From: Plasmodiophora brassicae
Taxonomy: Eukaryota
Direction of reading: 5' to 3'
Length of the DNA stretch: 64,000 nucleotides
Assembly (NCBI GenBank): GCA_036867785.1
Contig: CP145410.1
Span: forward strand, 620,001 to 684,000
Below are positions 47,772-59,604 of the stretch, one piece after another (position 1 is the first letter of the stretch; every line of letters starts with the position of its first letter). The translations under genes were made by a program, and so were the position numbers. Under the pieces are notes generated by a model, which ran no database searches, had not been told where the DNA came from, and was given only the letters and a program-made list of their open reading frames with translations.

Positions 47772-48111
47772 GACGGACGGTTGGATGCGCCCCGGCTGTC
47801 TAGACCAACGCGTCGCCACGACAATGCCCGGACCCTGGGGGGACGGCGCTCTCCAGTCGACTGACGCTCGCCCAACTCCGCGACGCACTCCGCCGGCCGG
47901 CCACTCCTCCCGGGGGGCCCACCCGCAGCAACCGCCTCTAATTATTACGTGAACGACTCGGCCCGGGGGGCACGCACGACCTGCGCTGATAGGCACGGTA
48001 TCGCGGCCCAGGTCACGAGTTCGCAACCGCCGCTCATCGAACAGTGTCACGTGTGCGTCTTTCGCCAGGGGCGGAACTGAATCGCGCCGGAGTGTAATCA
48101 CGGCTCCGATC

Positions 48112-48899
48112 GTGTGGCATATTCTAAGCAAACGATGGATCGTCATGAGAGTAAGTGTAAACAAGTTTACTTTGCGTTGCTGTGCGATTATCCACTTCTA
48201 AATCGATGATCCCACTTCCCAAGAGGAATTGGTATGATGCCTAATGGACCTGACTGAAGAAGTTACGACCATCCTACGGTCGTGACCCAGATCGTGAGAC
48301 CGTCGCCGGTCCGATGCTTAACGACGAGCATATATGAAAATGTTCAAACCGAACTCGTTCGGCAATTGCAGGAGATTCCCACGTTGTGTCTCACCATAGA
48401 CGGTGCTACGAACAACGCAAGGAATCAGATTCTCAACCTGATGGCCGCTGGCCCGATGCCATTCTTCATCGAACATTTCCGAATGCGTCCCGATAAATTG
48501 AAGGACAAATTGCTAAACGCCCCGTCATCATCTTCGAAGCCGAGCGAGCACTCAACGAAGCCGAAGTTGCTCCTTGTGGACGCGTTCGGGTATCGAGATG
48601 ATCAGAAGCTATGACCGATGCGACAGGTCCATTAGGCATCATACCAATCCCTCTTGGGAACTGGAATCATCGATTAGAAGCGGATTAGTCATGCCCACAC
48701 GCGCAGCAACTCAAACTACCGGTATACCTGTTTGCACTTACTCACGTGACGATCCATCGTTTGCTTAGAATATGCCACACTGTCGAAGCTTAGGTCGCCT
48801 GGCACCTCCTACACAGGGGAGCCATTTTAAAATGTACTTTTTAAATTGTAAATTGGTAAATGTTTTAAATCCGTATTTTAAAATATACCCGCGTCTTTG
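48112..48899 (+). mobile_element. Decayed hAT-like DNA transposon fragment with an inverted duplication of about 140-157 bp and an AT-rich end
   Basis: ORF 48282-48614 has LCLTIDGATNNARNQILNLMA..PFFIE, resembling the hAT/DUF659 first catalytic Asp region. 48112-48252 is an imperfect reverse complement of 48624-48780. An AT-rich TTTTAAA-containing tract lies at 48824-48887. Confidence 0.65.
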
Positions 48900-48947
48900 T
48901 CACGGGTGACTTGACTATTGTTACGATAGAGCGCGCGACGGCTCGGA

Positions 48948-49321
48948 ATGACGCTGATCGACGTACTGCAATCGCTAACGGTGGCGGATGTCGCCAGGCT
49001 GCTGCTCTGTATTGTAGTCGACCTGATCGGGTTTGTCAGTTACCTCGTGCCGGGCGTCGGCGAGACGGTCGACGTCGTCTGGGCCCCCGTACGACCATCC
49101 GGAAGCACCGGCCGGCGCACGATCGCACTGTCTAACAGTGTACGTATGGATAGGTCAGCGCCATCTGCATCCGCAAGCTATTGCCGGATCCGCGCCTGGC
49201 CTCGTTCGCCTTCGTCGGGTTCATTGAAGAGGCGCTGCCCGGCCTGGATTTCGTCCCGACCGCCGTCTGCGGCTGGCTCTATCATCAGTATTTGCTGATG
49301 CGCGACCGACAAGGACGATGA
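48948..49321 (+). CDS. Small conserved membrane protein (2 exons; intron 49089-49153)
   Basis: The spliced product reads ...VVDLIGFVSYLVPGVGETVDVVWAPVSA...GFIEEALPGLDFVPTAVCGWLY. The intron is in frame. Confidence 0.75.
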
Positions 49322-49391
49322 TAAATCCATTGTTGCACTAAACATGTGCCGCCCATCGGTGGCGTCATGTGTATTACGAGGAGCCGGAGCC

Positions 49392-50735
49392 CTAAAGCGT
49401 CTCGTTGAACTCGTTCAGTAGCAGCTTGCCGCGCTCCTCGTGCATGGCGCGTTCCAGGTGCCCGAACCACGTCGTCCATGGTGCACCCTCGTCGTCCAGG
49501 TCGGCAATGACGTCGAAGCATTGCAGGCCGCGCAAGAGGGACCTGATCGCGCTCACGTAGCCGTCGTTGTTCTGCTGGAGGATCGTCGCGCGCAATCGCT
49601 CGAGCAGATGCTGGCGGTCGCCTCGAGCAATGTCCTGTACTGCCTTCGGGCCGCGCGCCTGCATCAGCATCTGGCGCAGCGTCATCGGGCCCAGGTCATC
49701 CAGGTCGTCCAGTTCCAGCTCGCTGACGCCGAACGGGAACTTGATCGGCGCCTTGATCCGCTCTCGGATCACCTGGTTCGTCAGGATCGATCGCAGGAAC
49801 TTGTCCGACGCGCCGAACGGGATCGTGATACGGCGCTCGTCCAGGGCGGCCACGAGGTCATCGCGCGTCATCTCGTCTGGGCGAACGGGGCTGCTCAGCA
49901 GCAGAGCACGGCGGCGGACGTGCACGAACAACTCCATGCGGTGCTCGAGTTCGTCGATGGTGCCGGCGTGGTTCAGACCCAGCGCCCGCAGGAAGTTGAC
50001 GGTCGCTACTGATCGCAGCGACGACATCTTCTCTTTGCATTCGGCCTCAGACAGCCCGGTGACCGACGCGGTGACCGCATCGACGACCCCGTCCTCTCTG
50101 GCCATCTGCGCCGCCTCGCGACGAAGCTCGGCGCGAAGCATGGTGACGTTCGTGGCCATCCTGGTGCCCGGTAGCAGATTCCGAACCAGGCACTCGCGCT
50201 CCAGGAACTCCTTGCGACGCTGGGCGGCCCGTCGCAGGTCGGCCGTGTAGACCCGATGCAGCAGGTCGCGAAGTTCGTCGGCGTCGACGTCGTCGTCGGC
50301 CGCGAAGTCGCCGTCGATGCTCTGCAACCTGGCCAGGAGCTGTTCGCGAGCCATGGTTGGCACTGCTGCAACGTCGTCGGCGTCGCACAGCGTCTGGACG
50401 CCGACGTCCGGGGTCTCCAGGACCCGGTCCAGCTCCGCCTCGCTGGTAATGCGGCTGCCCAGCAACTCCAACCGAAGGCGCGTGTTGTCTGGGGCGGTGG
50501 CGACCAGCGCGCGGACGTTCGAGTGCAGGTCGCCGTTCGACGGGTTGACAAGAATCGGGGGCGACGCCAGGTCGAACGAGACTTCCGTGTTGACACCGGT
50601 GAACTTCAGCTTCCTGCCCGACGGTTTGGATTGCTTCACGCTCCCCGACTGGCGTAGCCGCTTCGTGCGATGATACGTCAACGGGGCCATTAGCGCGCGC
50701 TTCTTATTCAGCAGCATGACGACAACGCTCTGCAT
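49392..50735 (-). CDS. Hypothetical helical protein with several SAP/HeH-like motifs (upstream exons likely, to about 50950)
   Basis: 447-aa ORF with GC-rich third codon positions. Motifs FLRALGLNHAGTIDELEHRM, PDEMTRDDLVAALDERRI and GDRQHLLERL. Confidence 0.65.
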   Translation of the reverse strand: MQSVVVMLLNKKRALMAPLTYHRTKRLRQSGSVKQSKPSGRKLKFTGVNTEVSFDLASPPILVNPSNGDLHSNVRALVATAPDNTRLRLELLGSRITSEAELDRVLETPDVGVQTLCDADDVAAVPTMAREQLLARLQSIDGDFAADDDVDADELRDLLHRVYTADLRRAAQRRKEFLERECLVRNLLPGTRMATNVTMLRAELRREAAQMAREDGVVDAVTASVTGLSEAECKEKMSSLRSVATVNFLRALGLNHAGTIDELEHRMELFVHVRRRALLLSSPVRPDEMTRDDLVAALDERRITIPFGASDKFLRSILTNQVIRERIKAPIKFPFGVSELELDDLDDLGPMTLRQMLMQARGPKAVQDIARGDRQHLLERLRATILQQNNDGYVSAIRSLLRGLQCFDVIADLDDEGAPWTTWFGHLERAMHEERGKLLLNEFNETL

Positions 50736-51025
50736 GACGGTAAACCCGCAACGTCGTCAGCGTTATCGTCGTCTGATCGGTCTCTCCCCGGGGTCGGAAG
50801 CGACCACTCGGGTATACGCAGGGCGTGACTCATTGCACTTCCGTCGATGCGGATGACAGTATCCAACGAACGTGACTGGGGATGTACTTGGTTCCTCCTA
50901 GCACGGCGGCGCATGCATCGCACCTCGCCAAGCAGCACCGATGCCATGCGGAGGCAGCCAGTACAGGGGACGGGGCTACTTGAGTACAACGACAGTTGGA
51001 TCAGACAGCGTGGGGTCGGATAACG

Positions 51026-52028
51026 CTATCGGGACATTCGACGTTCCCAGATGTCGTTGTTCAGGTCGGGCGTGCTGAACGGCTCGTTGTCACGGCCGGT
51101 CGGTTGGGCGGAATCGGCATCCGCTGGGTTTGCAGGCATGCGCACGGATTCGTACATGCCCAGTAGCTGGTGGCAAATGTCTTCAACCTCTGTGGGGCGG
51201 GAATGAGCGACATTGGCAGGCTGGCATATGGCCGACATCACCTGCACGATGTGCACCGTAATTGGGGAACCACTCGTCGTCTCCATCACCGGGCCGGACG
51301 GACAGTAGCTCCGTTGCCAGGTACCTATTGGAACCAGATGATCGGTCAGCGCGATTTGAACACGAGTTGCCGGGTTGATTGATGCCAACCGACATTGCAC
51401 CGCAGGCGATGACATGAGGTTCGTAGTGAAGGCAGAGAGGGATCCGGCACGAATCGTTCAGGATGCTGAGCGTACAGTTCGCCAGATCATTCGACGCTCG
51501 CAGGTCGCGTAGAAAGTGGACAGCGTAAGCATGCGGGGGGACCACGTCCACATCGAACGCGATGACACGTAGTACCAGCCTCTCCGACTCGATCAGGTGC
51601 TCTTTCATCTGCCAGAATGGGTCGGCCACCTAACAGCCGCACCCCGTGAACCGGGCAGCGCAGGGCCCAGTGACGCGAGAACACGAACCTCCAGCGGGGG
51701 TAGATCCGGGTTTCGATACCGATAGACAGTGTTGATCACGTCTCGCAACCGCCTGGGCGTCTCCTGTGATTTGCCGGCAACGAACAGGCATGTTTGCGCG
51801 ATATCCATCGGGTCATGGTCGGCGAGCGGCTCCTTCGCGAAGAATCGATGGAAGATCGTCTGCGCCGTCGCGATCGTCATCTGTGGCACTTGCACTGCAC
51901 GCACGGCCCGGTCAGAACACGGCCGCCCCACCCGGCATCGACCACCCTCCCTTACGCCGAATGCCGACATCCTGGATCAGGGTCGTCGCTTGGAATCGGA
52001 TGACGCTGCCTTCATCCGCTGGCTTCAT
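51026..52028 (-). CDS. Transcriptional cyclin, cyclin Q (FAM58A)-like (multi-exon)
   Basis: TIATAQTIFHRFF...DP..IAQTCLFVAGKSQETPRRLRDVINTVYRYRNP..PLE / FWQMKEHLIESERLVLRVIAFDV..PHAY. Confidence 0.8.
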
Positions 52029-52225
52029 CGCGCACGACAAACGCGAACCGCTGGCCAAGTCCGCCGTGACCTGCGACGACGTGCCCGGAACGCGCAGAGG
52101 CGCCCGCACCAGACATCCGATCCCGGAAGCCGCCGGTCAACACGGCGGCGATCGGACGGCAACAACGGCTACGAGGTACAGTGCCCTGTGATAATAACGG
52201 AGGCCGGTTTACACACATGAAACGG

Positions 52226-55200
52226 TCACTTCAGCAGTGCATTCGTCGAGCCGACCATCTTGTCGAAGAGGCCCCTCAACCGGTTGTACAGTGGGTCCAG
52301 GTCGGCGTTCTTTCGTGTCTTGAATACGTTCAGTGCGAAACGCAATTCGTCGATCTGGGCGAGTAGGGCAGCTTTGAGTGCAGACTGGGAGGCTTCCTTG
52401 CCGGGCACGGTTGTGTCGAGGAACGCTTCGATGTACTTCTTGGTACCGCCATTGACGGCGGCATCGCAGATGCCATTCAGCAGCATCGTTAGAGGGCCCA
52501 GATCGAGGAACTCCTCACGGTGAGCCGCCTTCTCCAGCGACAAGGCCGTCGAACGCAACTCGTTGTTCTTCTTGACGATTGTCTCAACAGCAGTATCGAT
52601 TGGATGGACGACGCGTTGAACGGTCTCAGCAACGGGCAAGCGACGCTGCGTTGAAGGGAAAGGCTCCTTCGTTCGGATAAAGGTCTTGCGAACCCAAAGG
52701 TCCTTGAACTCGTTCGAAGGGCGCGCTTCCCCAGACCGGTTTTCCGTCTTGCAGTACACGAAGACAGAAACCTCATCGTTTGCACGGTACTTCAGCACCT
52801 CCTCAGGAATATGGGCCTAGAGTGGACCACTGAGTACATACAACGATTGATAGCATACCGAAACGTACAGGAACGCGAGAAACACTTCCATCCACACCAA
52901 GCATTTCCGCTTGGCTTGACAGCGTCAACGATGTAATCGTTATAACGAGTTCATGCTCGTCAACAACATCGGCAGGCGGGTCGTCGGAGGTCATGAGGAT
53001 CTTCGCATTCGTGTGCATTGCCCTGATCCGCTGTGTGAAATCCATAACGGACTCCAGTTTGATTCCACGGTAGACGAACTCTTGTCGGTCGGTCCTGAGC
53101 AAAACCGGTTCAGTTCACACTCAACGCAAGCGTCCAGCGGCGCAAACCTATTGCTGTAGAACACCACTCGGAAGTACGATGGGAAGTACCGCGTTTGGCT
53201 GATGATTTTTCTGAAGAGTGCCGCCTGACGCTCCAGAATACCAGCAAGCTTGTCGTAGTCGAACAGGTTGACCTCATAGTGAACGCGCAGCTGCTCGCAT
53301 GCTTGTATCGCGCGTTCCCACAGCTCAGCGCGATCATACAGGTCGATAACTCGCAAGAGCAGGTGTTCCTTTTGAGACTCTTCGGTCTCGATGCCAACAC
53401 CGCCATCAACAGTATCCCAGTTTGATAGCGGAACCGAACTCCAGTCAAGCAGCTGTGCTTGTAGCAAAGCAGTGTTACCAGCTTCTGCAAATGCACCGAG
53501 AGATGCATTCAGGTCGATCAGATATGAATAGTACCTAGACGGGTGAAATCAGACGAGTTAACGCAGCAGAAAGGCGCTGCATACCGGTACAGCATGGTCT
53601 TTCGACGACCAGCATTGGAGTCGGACAGCAGGAAGTCGAGCAAACGGGTCACGATTGACGCCCGTTCGTGCTCATACTGTTCAGTCTTGGGGAGCAGCAA
53701 CAGGGACTGCATGAGGTCAGCCAAAGTAGACAGATGCTGCAGGAACTCCTTCAGTTTCGCTGCAAGGGACGATTCCTCGGGGCGGAGCCGCTCCTTCAAG
53801 GAGGAGTCCAGACGACTAACAAAGAGCTGCGCTTCCTCTTGAGATTCATTCGCAAGGACATCCAAGGCGTCAATGGTATAGCGCTCCAGTTCCGAGAGGT
53901 CGTCAGACCGCGCATGCTCTTCCCTGACAAGGTCCATATACATATCCATTGCAAGTAGATGGGACTGGCAGCTTTCCTCTTCATCAGTAGGGTCAGGACC
54001 CGCGCGTCGCGATAAAGGAATCAGGAGACTCGTGCAGAAGAAGTGTGAAATGCACCGAAGGTCCTGAACCGTGCGCCAAGCCTTCCGGATGACCGTTCGG
54101 GTGGTTTCTGGCAAAGCGGCGGGGTCCACAAAAGCCCGCTTGGCTTCAGTCAAGCCATGAAGGTCCTTGTGAGTTTCGAGAACGACACACAGGTGGAGGA
54201 AAGCCTGCATTGTCGGCAGGTCCAAGGCCGCCGAATGCGCTGATATCGCAGAAATGACGCGACCCACAATAGACAGCTCCCAGGTGTTCAGAACGATCCA
54301 CATTGAGGGGTACACCCGATGCTGGAGGGCGGTCTCGCAGACTTGAATCAATCGGATCAAATCGTGGTTCTCCAGAGATCCAAAGCATTCCGACATGTCC
54401 TCGTCAGGAATGCAATGCAGAATGATGCACAAATACGCACAGGATTCCATGACGAGGTCGACGGACCGAGTGTGCTGAGCCTGCTGGGATACGACAGGAG
54501 CAGCACCGTTGCGAGCTTGGGCGCTAGATGCTACGTTGACCAGCGCGGGAAGAAGAACAACAAACGGTGACAGATCAGCTGCTCCAGGACCACCTTCGGA
54601 AGCCGACTGGATCACCTGAATCAAATCGCCAACGATCCCGACGGCCAGGTATGATTCGTCAGGCGTGCTCGTCAAGTGGAACTGGAGAGCGGCAATGACG
54701 GTCGTCTCGATGATGGACCACGAATCGCATTGCCGTCCAACGACAGACTGCACGATACTGCCGATCATGCGCAGCTTGTACATGTGCAACTTCGCATTGT
54801 CCTCTGAATGAGGAACCGCATTCAGGGCCGACAGGCAAATCTCGCCCAACTCGACAGGAGAGAAGATTTCGGATAAGTCAGCGAATGTCGAGCTGAAAGC
54901 ACGAAGAACGAAGGCCTTGCATCCGATCAACGGGTCCTTCGGTCCACTTTGAGTCTCCAGGAGAGCAGTGACGTCACGAAGCAGAGCCTGCAGATGACCC
55001 TTGAAGACAGCCGATGACTTCGATGGCTGCTGGGAGGCACTTCGAACGATGAAGCGCAGGACATGCTGGAAACACTTGCACATCAAAGTCAGCTGCTTGA
55101 ACTTTGTCGAGTTTGGTGCTGTGCTGTGGACAGTGGCGTACTCTAGGGCCATTCGAGATCGCGCGATCAGGATTGGGCAAGCGTCAGGCGCGTGGAACAC

Positions 55201-58087
55201 TTCGGATACATAGGAATCAACAGATGCGCCCACCGTCGACATTTTCGTCGTCAGCTGGTCGATGGTGAACAGTAGAGCAAGAAACACTTGACCAATGATA
55301 TCGTCGTTGTAGACAGGTGAAACGAGAACAGCGAACAGTGTGTCGAACGTTTCCTTGACGAATTTCGCAAGTTCGGCACCTGAAATCATTGTAAACTTCG
55401 TCAGAACCGTCTGCATTTGCGCAGCGTCGAGTTGTCGCCAGTTGAAGAGGGCATGCAGAGCGTCCAACTGTGTGGTCTTCACCGAACTGAGGCGCGTTTC
55501 AAGAACCAGTTCTTCTTTGCGTCGCATCAGCACCGAATGGGCCCGACTCCGGTTGTCATCCGACCTGAAATGCGCGTTTGCATCAAGGTAACGAAGAGCC
55601 GATGAGGCGCCGCCTGCAGAGGGTTGTCCAAGGTTCTTGAAAGGCTTGTAGCAGGGCAATGTGTGGGTGCCATCAGCAATTACAGCACCGGTAGAGGACG
55701 TAAGTGGAAGGAACGCAAACGAGCAGAGCTGGTTGTTGTCCACGTTCGTCGACACATGCCAGACAGTGCACAGAATGTGGCACTTGGAAAACATCGACGC
55801 TTGGAGGCGGATGTTAAGCGTCTCACAGAAGACCGGGTTGTTCCAATGGTAGTTCACAGTGCTGCAGTATTCGGTGACACCCTTGACAGTTGGGCCAACA
55901 CCTCGGAAAATGCAATCGGGGACAATGTACCCGGAACCGGTCAATACCTGCACGCGGACCTCGATATTCTTCGCGCTCTTCTTCTTATCCTGCAGGAAGT
56001 CACCCCCACGAATCGTAACATAGAAATCGTTACGGTCGTCACTCGGATGGATGTTGCTGGACAGGGAGAGCATCTGCATGCGTGAACCAGTCGACAGGGG
56101 CTTTTTCGCAGGTTCGAGCATGAGACCGAGGGCGAACCCCTTCGTCTGGGGAATGATTTCAAAGTTCGACGAACCGCGAATGATCATATTGTGCAAGTCG
56201 CTGAACTGCAACGGTTCTTTCGCCCGGTAGACGACCAGGTGCGGAGGGTTGCACCATTGGCCAAGCTGCTCAAACAGTGGCGCGTAGGAGGACAACTTCA
56301 GTACGGCACAGCCGAAAGGTCGCCGGTAGCACGTCGATTTCTTGGACTTCTTGGTCGACGCGGGTTTTCCATCGAAACGCAGAGAGCCCATCCGGAAGAT
56401 TTGGCAGACGAGATAGAGCCCCTCCTTGAAGTGTGACAGTTCGACGTCGCGGAACTCGCCTTTCAGATTTCCCAAAAGGTTGATGTCCTCGGGCATTCCA
56501 GCAGCCGTCAACTCGACAACGTATTCCTCACTGACGAAGCGTTGCTGTTCCGGAGAGTACAACGAGAAGAATACCTGAGTCGATTCGCCGACGGAGAATA
56601 TGCATGCCATGACATCCAAATGAAACGTGAATGGCGTATTGCGCGGCAAGTTCGACTCGAACTCGAACTCATCGGAATCCGTCACGTTCGGTTTTCCAGC
56701 AGACGCCGCAGCCATGATTTGTCGACGCTCCTCCGCCTACGAATTATCCAGTCAGGATTCGAACATGAGGAGGAGGAGCAACAGACCAACCTTCTGCAAC
56801 CATAACGACGACGATTCTTTCTGCATCGTATCGTACATGTCGCGATGAAGAGACAAAAGTTCCTGAATGGGCGTGTTGGCAACGGTTGCCACCGCGTGCC
56901 CGGCTGTGCGAGGGCACATGTGTCCCTCATCGCATCGGCGGCAGCTCTCAAGAAGCTCAATGATTTCCCGCCCTGCGCCAATATCAGGAAACTATACACT
57001 GGAATGACCCGATAGGCCTTACGGATCCGTTCGCGGTCAGCTTGCGCAAACGAGGCATTGCAGACGTCACGCCGCATCGTCAACAGCTGCGCTGACCGTT
57101 CGTGAAGCTCATAATGCTCTTCCACGCGACCTTCCGCTATCAAATGACGCATATGATACTCGAATTTGCCGATTATCTATGAGCAGAAGTCAGTACATGA
57201 TCACAGAAATGCAGCACGTTGCAGACGACCTCTCCGATCTCGCTCGACAGCGAAGCCGTTTCCGAACGCTGACGAGAAACCGACCGCGACGAGGTTGACT
57301 CGCGAGAACTGACAGTTGGAGCCGGAGATGGAACAGACTCTCGTTGTGAAGACGTGGAACTCGGCTTCTCCGTTGACGGAGCTTGAGCGATGGAAACAAT
57401 AGGAGGGAGCGGCTTGAGCACACCCGAACGTGAGACGGAAGGAGGCCTAGGACGGTTGCACGCCGGGACGGGCGAATGCGAACGCGAATCTGGCTTTTCC
57501 CCGACAACCGGAAGGGAAGTCGCAGGCAGCTGACGCCTCTGTGGAGGTAACGGCCGAGATGCCTTCATGTCGAATGATGAGGGGATTGCAGGTTCGGCTT
57601 CCGGTCCTGCAGAACTCTTTCTTGCAACAAGCTGGGCCACGATAGCCCGCTTGGCCAGCATATCTTCCGACATCCTCCGAGGTTGTCGACCTTCATCACG
57701 AGAGCTTTCACCCGCAGTAGATCCTCTTGACGATGGCGATGCTGTCTTCTGGACTGGCTCTGCTGCCGGCTTTTCAATAGTCAAGACCTCAGGTGGCCCA
57801 GATGATTCATCATCTCCTTTGTCAAGCTGAATGTACGACGCAGGGAAAATGCCATTGACATTCTGGCTGGGATCGGTGGGATGGATCAGAGTGCCACGGT
57901 ACCACCCAGCTTGCTCGAATTGCACGTTCACGAGGGCGTTCACACCAAACGAGACCTGATGCGGTCCATTCGCTTCGAATGGGTACAGTGCTGCCAAACA
58001 GAATTAGCTTTGTCACGAAAGCAGCCCTGGCACACCCAGCGTCGTACCTCTGCCTTGCCGGTCAACCTTCGCCCAGGACGACGCCAT
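52226..58087 (-). CDS. DOCK-family (DOCK1-5-like) Rac GEF: SH3, DOCK_N, C2/DHR1, DHR2
   Basis: SH3 ALYPFE..GWYRG..GIFPASYI; YRRPFGCAVL; RNDFYVTI..GDF..KNIEV; PSYFRVVFY; EFVYRG; LTMLLNGICDAAVNGGTKKY. Confidence 0.93.
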
Positions 58088-58404
58088 CAGCGCTCCGGCA
58101 GGCACAGGCGTATCTCAGGGCGCAAATCAATGTGGCGCGACGCGTTTGCGAGGTCGATCGACACTGGTGCCCGTAGAATGGGGCTGACCACTGAACTCGT
58201 GATTCGCCAACCACAACGAGCACAACGGAGAGTCCCCCGCCTCGAAATAGCACGCAGTCGTCCTGCCGCACTGTGCTGTGTCTAATTCGGGGTGTCAGTT
58301 GTCAAACACTCTGACGTCCGTCTTGTTGACGTCTGCTATTTTCAGAGCAACGTAAGAATGCCAGCCCCTTCGTTATCGTTGATCATTTAAGAAGTTCGGT
58401 GGGT

Positions 58405-59472
58405 TTATTGTGTGTGTGGCGCTTGTCGAAGAAATTCCGGATTGTACACCAGCAGCAGGGCTCGGATAGCGAATAAAACTGTGAACGTGTTTTCGTAGAA
58501 AATCGTGACGGCGTAGACGGCCATCATCGGGAGCGGAATATGTTCCGTGAACTGACGCCAATGGGAATATATCAGGTAGGTAGAATAAGGCCCCGAGAAC
58601 CAGCGAAGCAACGGGAACGATATATACTGCATCGCGTCGACGATACGGTACCTGTTCGGAAGGCATGTGTCACCAGCCATTAACATAGAACTCGCGAAAA
58701 CGTTGTGTTACACGAGGCTCTTCTCAGTTGCTGACTGAAGTGAGAATCGTAACAGGATTGTCACTAACGGATTAGTATTAGATCGCACATTAAACGGGCA
58801 TTCATGGTGGATCCTTACGGATTTTAAACACCTCTTGGAAAGTAATTACGGCGATGAACAGTGCTGCGCAACGTATCGGGTAAACGACGCGAAACGGACG
58901 ACTTCTGACGGTTCCGGTGTACCAAAGATTCCAAATAGCTTTGTTTGAAGTGAAAACACGATAGAGGCGCAGTAAACAGAAGGTAGGAGAAGAGGGCCAA
59001 GAGAGGCTGCAGGCGCAACGTCCCCGGTGGAGGTATATACACGCTCAACTTGGTTCGAAAGCTCGATCTCATGCGCAACGTGAATGCACAAGGTGAACAG
59101 ATGGTACCCAAGAAGGATGGGGCCATAATAGGACAGCAAATGCGGATACAAACCCACAGGATCTGGGCATATACAGGTTAGACACTCTTCGATCCATCAT
59201 TTCGCACCCATACCTTTCGACAGCGAGCGAATATGATCGACAGCGACAATATGCACGATAGCAGTGAAGGATACGGACGCATTGAACAATGCCCCGATAT
59301 TCGTCTTGAATGCGCGACGTTCCGCCTGCGTAAATTTATCGTACCGCCGGAACACGACGTGGCCAATGGAGTCACACGAAGCGTACAGCAGGCCGTAGAA
59401 TACTAACGACACGACGCTCTCGAACCATAGACACGGCAGCACCAGCCCTGCCCCTGCAGTACACCACGACAT
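58405..59472 (-). CDS. TLC (TRAM/LAG1/CLN8)-like membrane protein (multi-exon)
   Basis: Hydrophobic exons, LLGYHLFTL, ELSN, and F..R in a later helix. Exon structure is only partly resolved. Confidence 0.5.
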
Positions 59473-59604
59473 CACGTCAGCGCAATAAGCGCACCCGGCA
59501 CTCCGCTGGGGCGATCTGCTGGCCGCGACTCTCTGACTGACCACCTGTACAATGCTGGGACGCACAGTCGTCTAGTACCCACAACCGGCACTCGAGTTAC
59601 GCGT

